Source: Stramenopiles sp. TOSAG23-3 (taxonomy: Eukaryota). Taken from it: a DNA stretch of 64,000 bases. Below are positions 62,932 through 64,000 of the stretch, piece after piece (positions within the stretch are counted from its first letter, which is position 1; every line of letters begins with the position of its first letter). The stretch spans positions 1-64,000 of the forward strand of contig LT642151.1 in the NCBI GenBank assembly GCA_900128585.1. The letters run 5' to 3'. A program made the position numbers and the translations under genes. The notes below the pieces were generated by a model that worked only from the letters and a program-made list of their open reading frames with translations, did no database searches and was not told where the DNA came from.

Positions 62932-64000
62932 ATGTCTGGAAATGGCGACTTCGAGGAGGAGTCTTATGGCACCCCCCTTCAAATTATATCCATCGATGAG
63001 GAAAATAGCAAATTCAAATTAAACGAGGTAGAACTTGAGCAGGTCATGGCGCGGGTGCCGAAGGGTATGAAGCTCTCTGTTGTCAGTATTGTAGGCGCTT
63101 TCCGCACCGGGAAGTCTTTCTTGCTAGATTTTTTCCTCAAGTACTTGCGCCTGCCGCAAACGAAGATTGGCCGCGAGGCTTGGAGCAACCTGTTTACCTC
63201 AAAATCTTCAAAGTTGGAAGGGAACTCCAACGAGAAGGTGTCCGAGGGTGACAAGAACAATGACAGCGGGTTTTCGTGGAGGAGTGGCACGGAGCGGAAC
63301 ACCATGGGAATATGGCTTTGGAGCAAACCGTTTGTCCGCAAGGTGAAAGAGACAGGGGAGTCCGTGGCAGTCCTGTTGGTAGACACCCAAGGAATCTTTG
63401 ACAGTCGCCTGACCCAGATGATGGCGGCATCCATTTTTGGGCTAAGCACGCTGCTTTCGTCGTACCAGATATACAACGTGCAGAACAGGCTGCAAGAAGA
63501 TCACTTGCAGCACTTGGCCCTGTTCACCGAGTACGGCCGGGTGACGTTGCGGGCCCAAGAGTCAAGCGGGGACAACAACAACAAGGCCAAGAAGGCGGGG
63601 ACGGACGAGCAACCGTTCCAGGTCTTGCAATTTCTCGTGCGCGATTTTCAGTTCGAAAGCAAAGACCGGAGCGAGGACAAGATGACCGAGTACTTGCAAA
63701 ATTTCTTGTCGGTCGAAGACCGGCAACAGAAAGACCTTCGCGAAATTCGTGAGCACATTCGCGATTCGTTCGAAAAGGTGAGCATTTTTCTCCTCCCTCA
63801 CCCTGGCTTTGACGTCCCGGACCCAGAGTACGACGGCGAAGTCAGCAAAATTCGCGACGTGTTTCGAGAGATGCTCGAGCAGTACGTGCCGCTGGTGTTT
63901 AACAGGGAACTGCGGCCGAAGACGATCAACGGTAACTTTATTACGTCAATGGAGTTCAAACATTTCATTCGCGCCTTCGTTAAGATTTTCGCTGATGGAA
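62932..64000 (+). CDS. ATL: Atlastin (GBP-family ER fusion GTPase), 3'-truncated by the window end; absent from the ORF track
   Basis: Manual translation gives VVSIVGAFRTGKSFLLDF, GFSWRSGTERNTMGIWLW, LLVDTQGIFD, SSYQIYN, LQHLALFTEYGR, FLVRDF, LLPHPG. Confidence 0.92.
   Translation, partial: MSGNGDFEEESYGTPLQIISIDEENSKFKLNEVELEQVMARVPKGMKLSVVSIVGAFRTGKSFLLDFFLKYLRLPQTKIGREAWSNLFTSKSSKLEGNSNEKVSEGDKNNDSGFSWRSGTERNTMGIWLWSKPFVRKVKETGESVAVLLVDTQGIFDSRLTQMMAASIFGLSTLLSSYQIYNVQNRLQEDHLQHLALFTEYGRVTLRAQESSGDNNNKAKKAGTDEQPFQVLQFLVRDFQFESKDRSEDKMTEYLQNFLSVEDRQQKDLREIREHIRDSFEKVSIFLLPHPGFDVPDPEYDGEVSKIRDVFREMLEQYVPLVFNRELRPKTINGNFITSMEFKHFIRAFVKIFADG

Overview
Gene-dense eukaryotic nuclear DNA, most likely from a free-living flagellated protist. 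The lineage is an inference; a stramenopile-like origin is plausible but not provable here. About 21 protein-coding genes, with apparently intron-free CDSs up to ~10.7 kb, are separated by very AT-rich spacers containing GAA/TTC tracts, and there are two assembly gaps. Recognisable genes: LRRCC1/VFL1-like and centriolin-like centriolar LRR/coiled-coil proteins, EF-hand NADPH oxidase, eIF4E-family protein, tandem ABM monooxygenase, histidine phosphatase, MFS_2 transporter, PP2C, CaaX EF-hand protein, SHIPPO/PG-repeat protein, divergent ALDH-fold protein, TPR protein, class I PDE and a 3'-truncated atlastin. Most notable: (1) a modular non-coding repeat family sitting just downstream of stop codons, including a 72/75-bp inverted pair bracketing one gene; (2) a ~2,080-aa protein joining a stand-alone dynein microtubule-binding domain, IQ motifs, EF-hands and an inositol polyphosphate kinase; (3) a gustatory-receptor-like 7TM candidate next to the EF-hand NOX; (4) an eIF4E with a carbohydrate-binding-like N-terminal domain; (5) a WW-methyltransferase-ankyrin fusion; (6) a secreted six-cysteine prepropeptide; (7) a protein with three RPA32-binding-like motifs. 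No rRNA, tRNA, CRISPR array or transposase was recognised. All family calls are from motif recognition by eye, not database searches.
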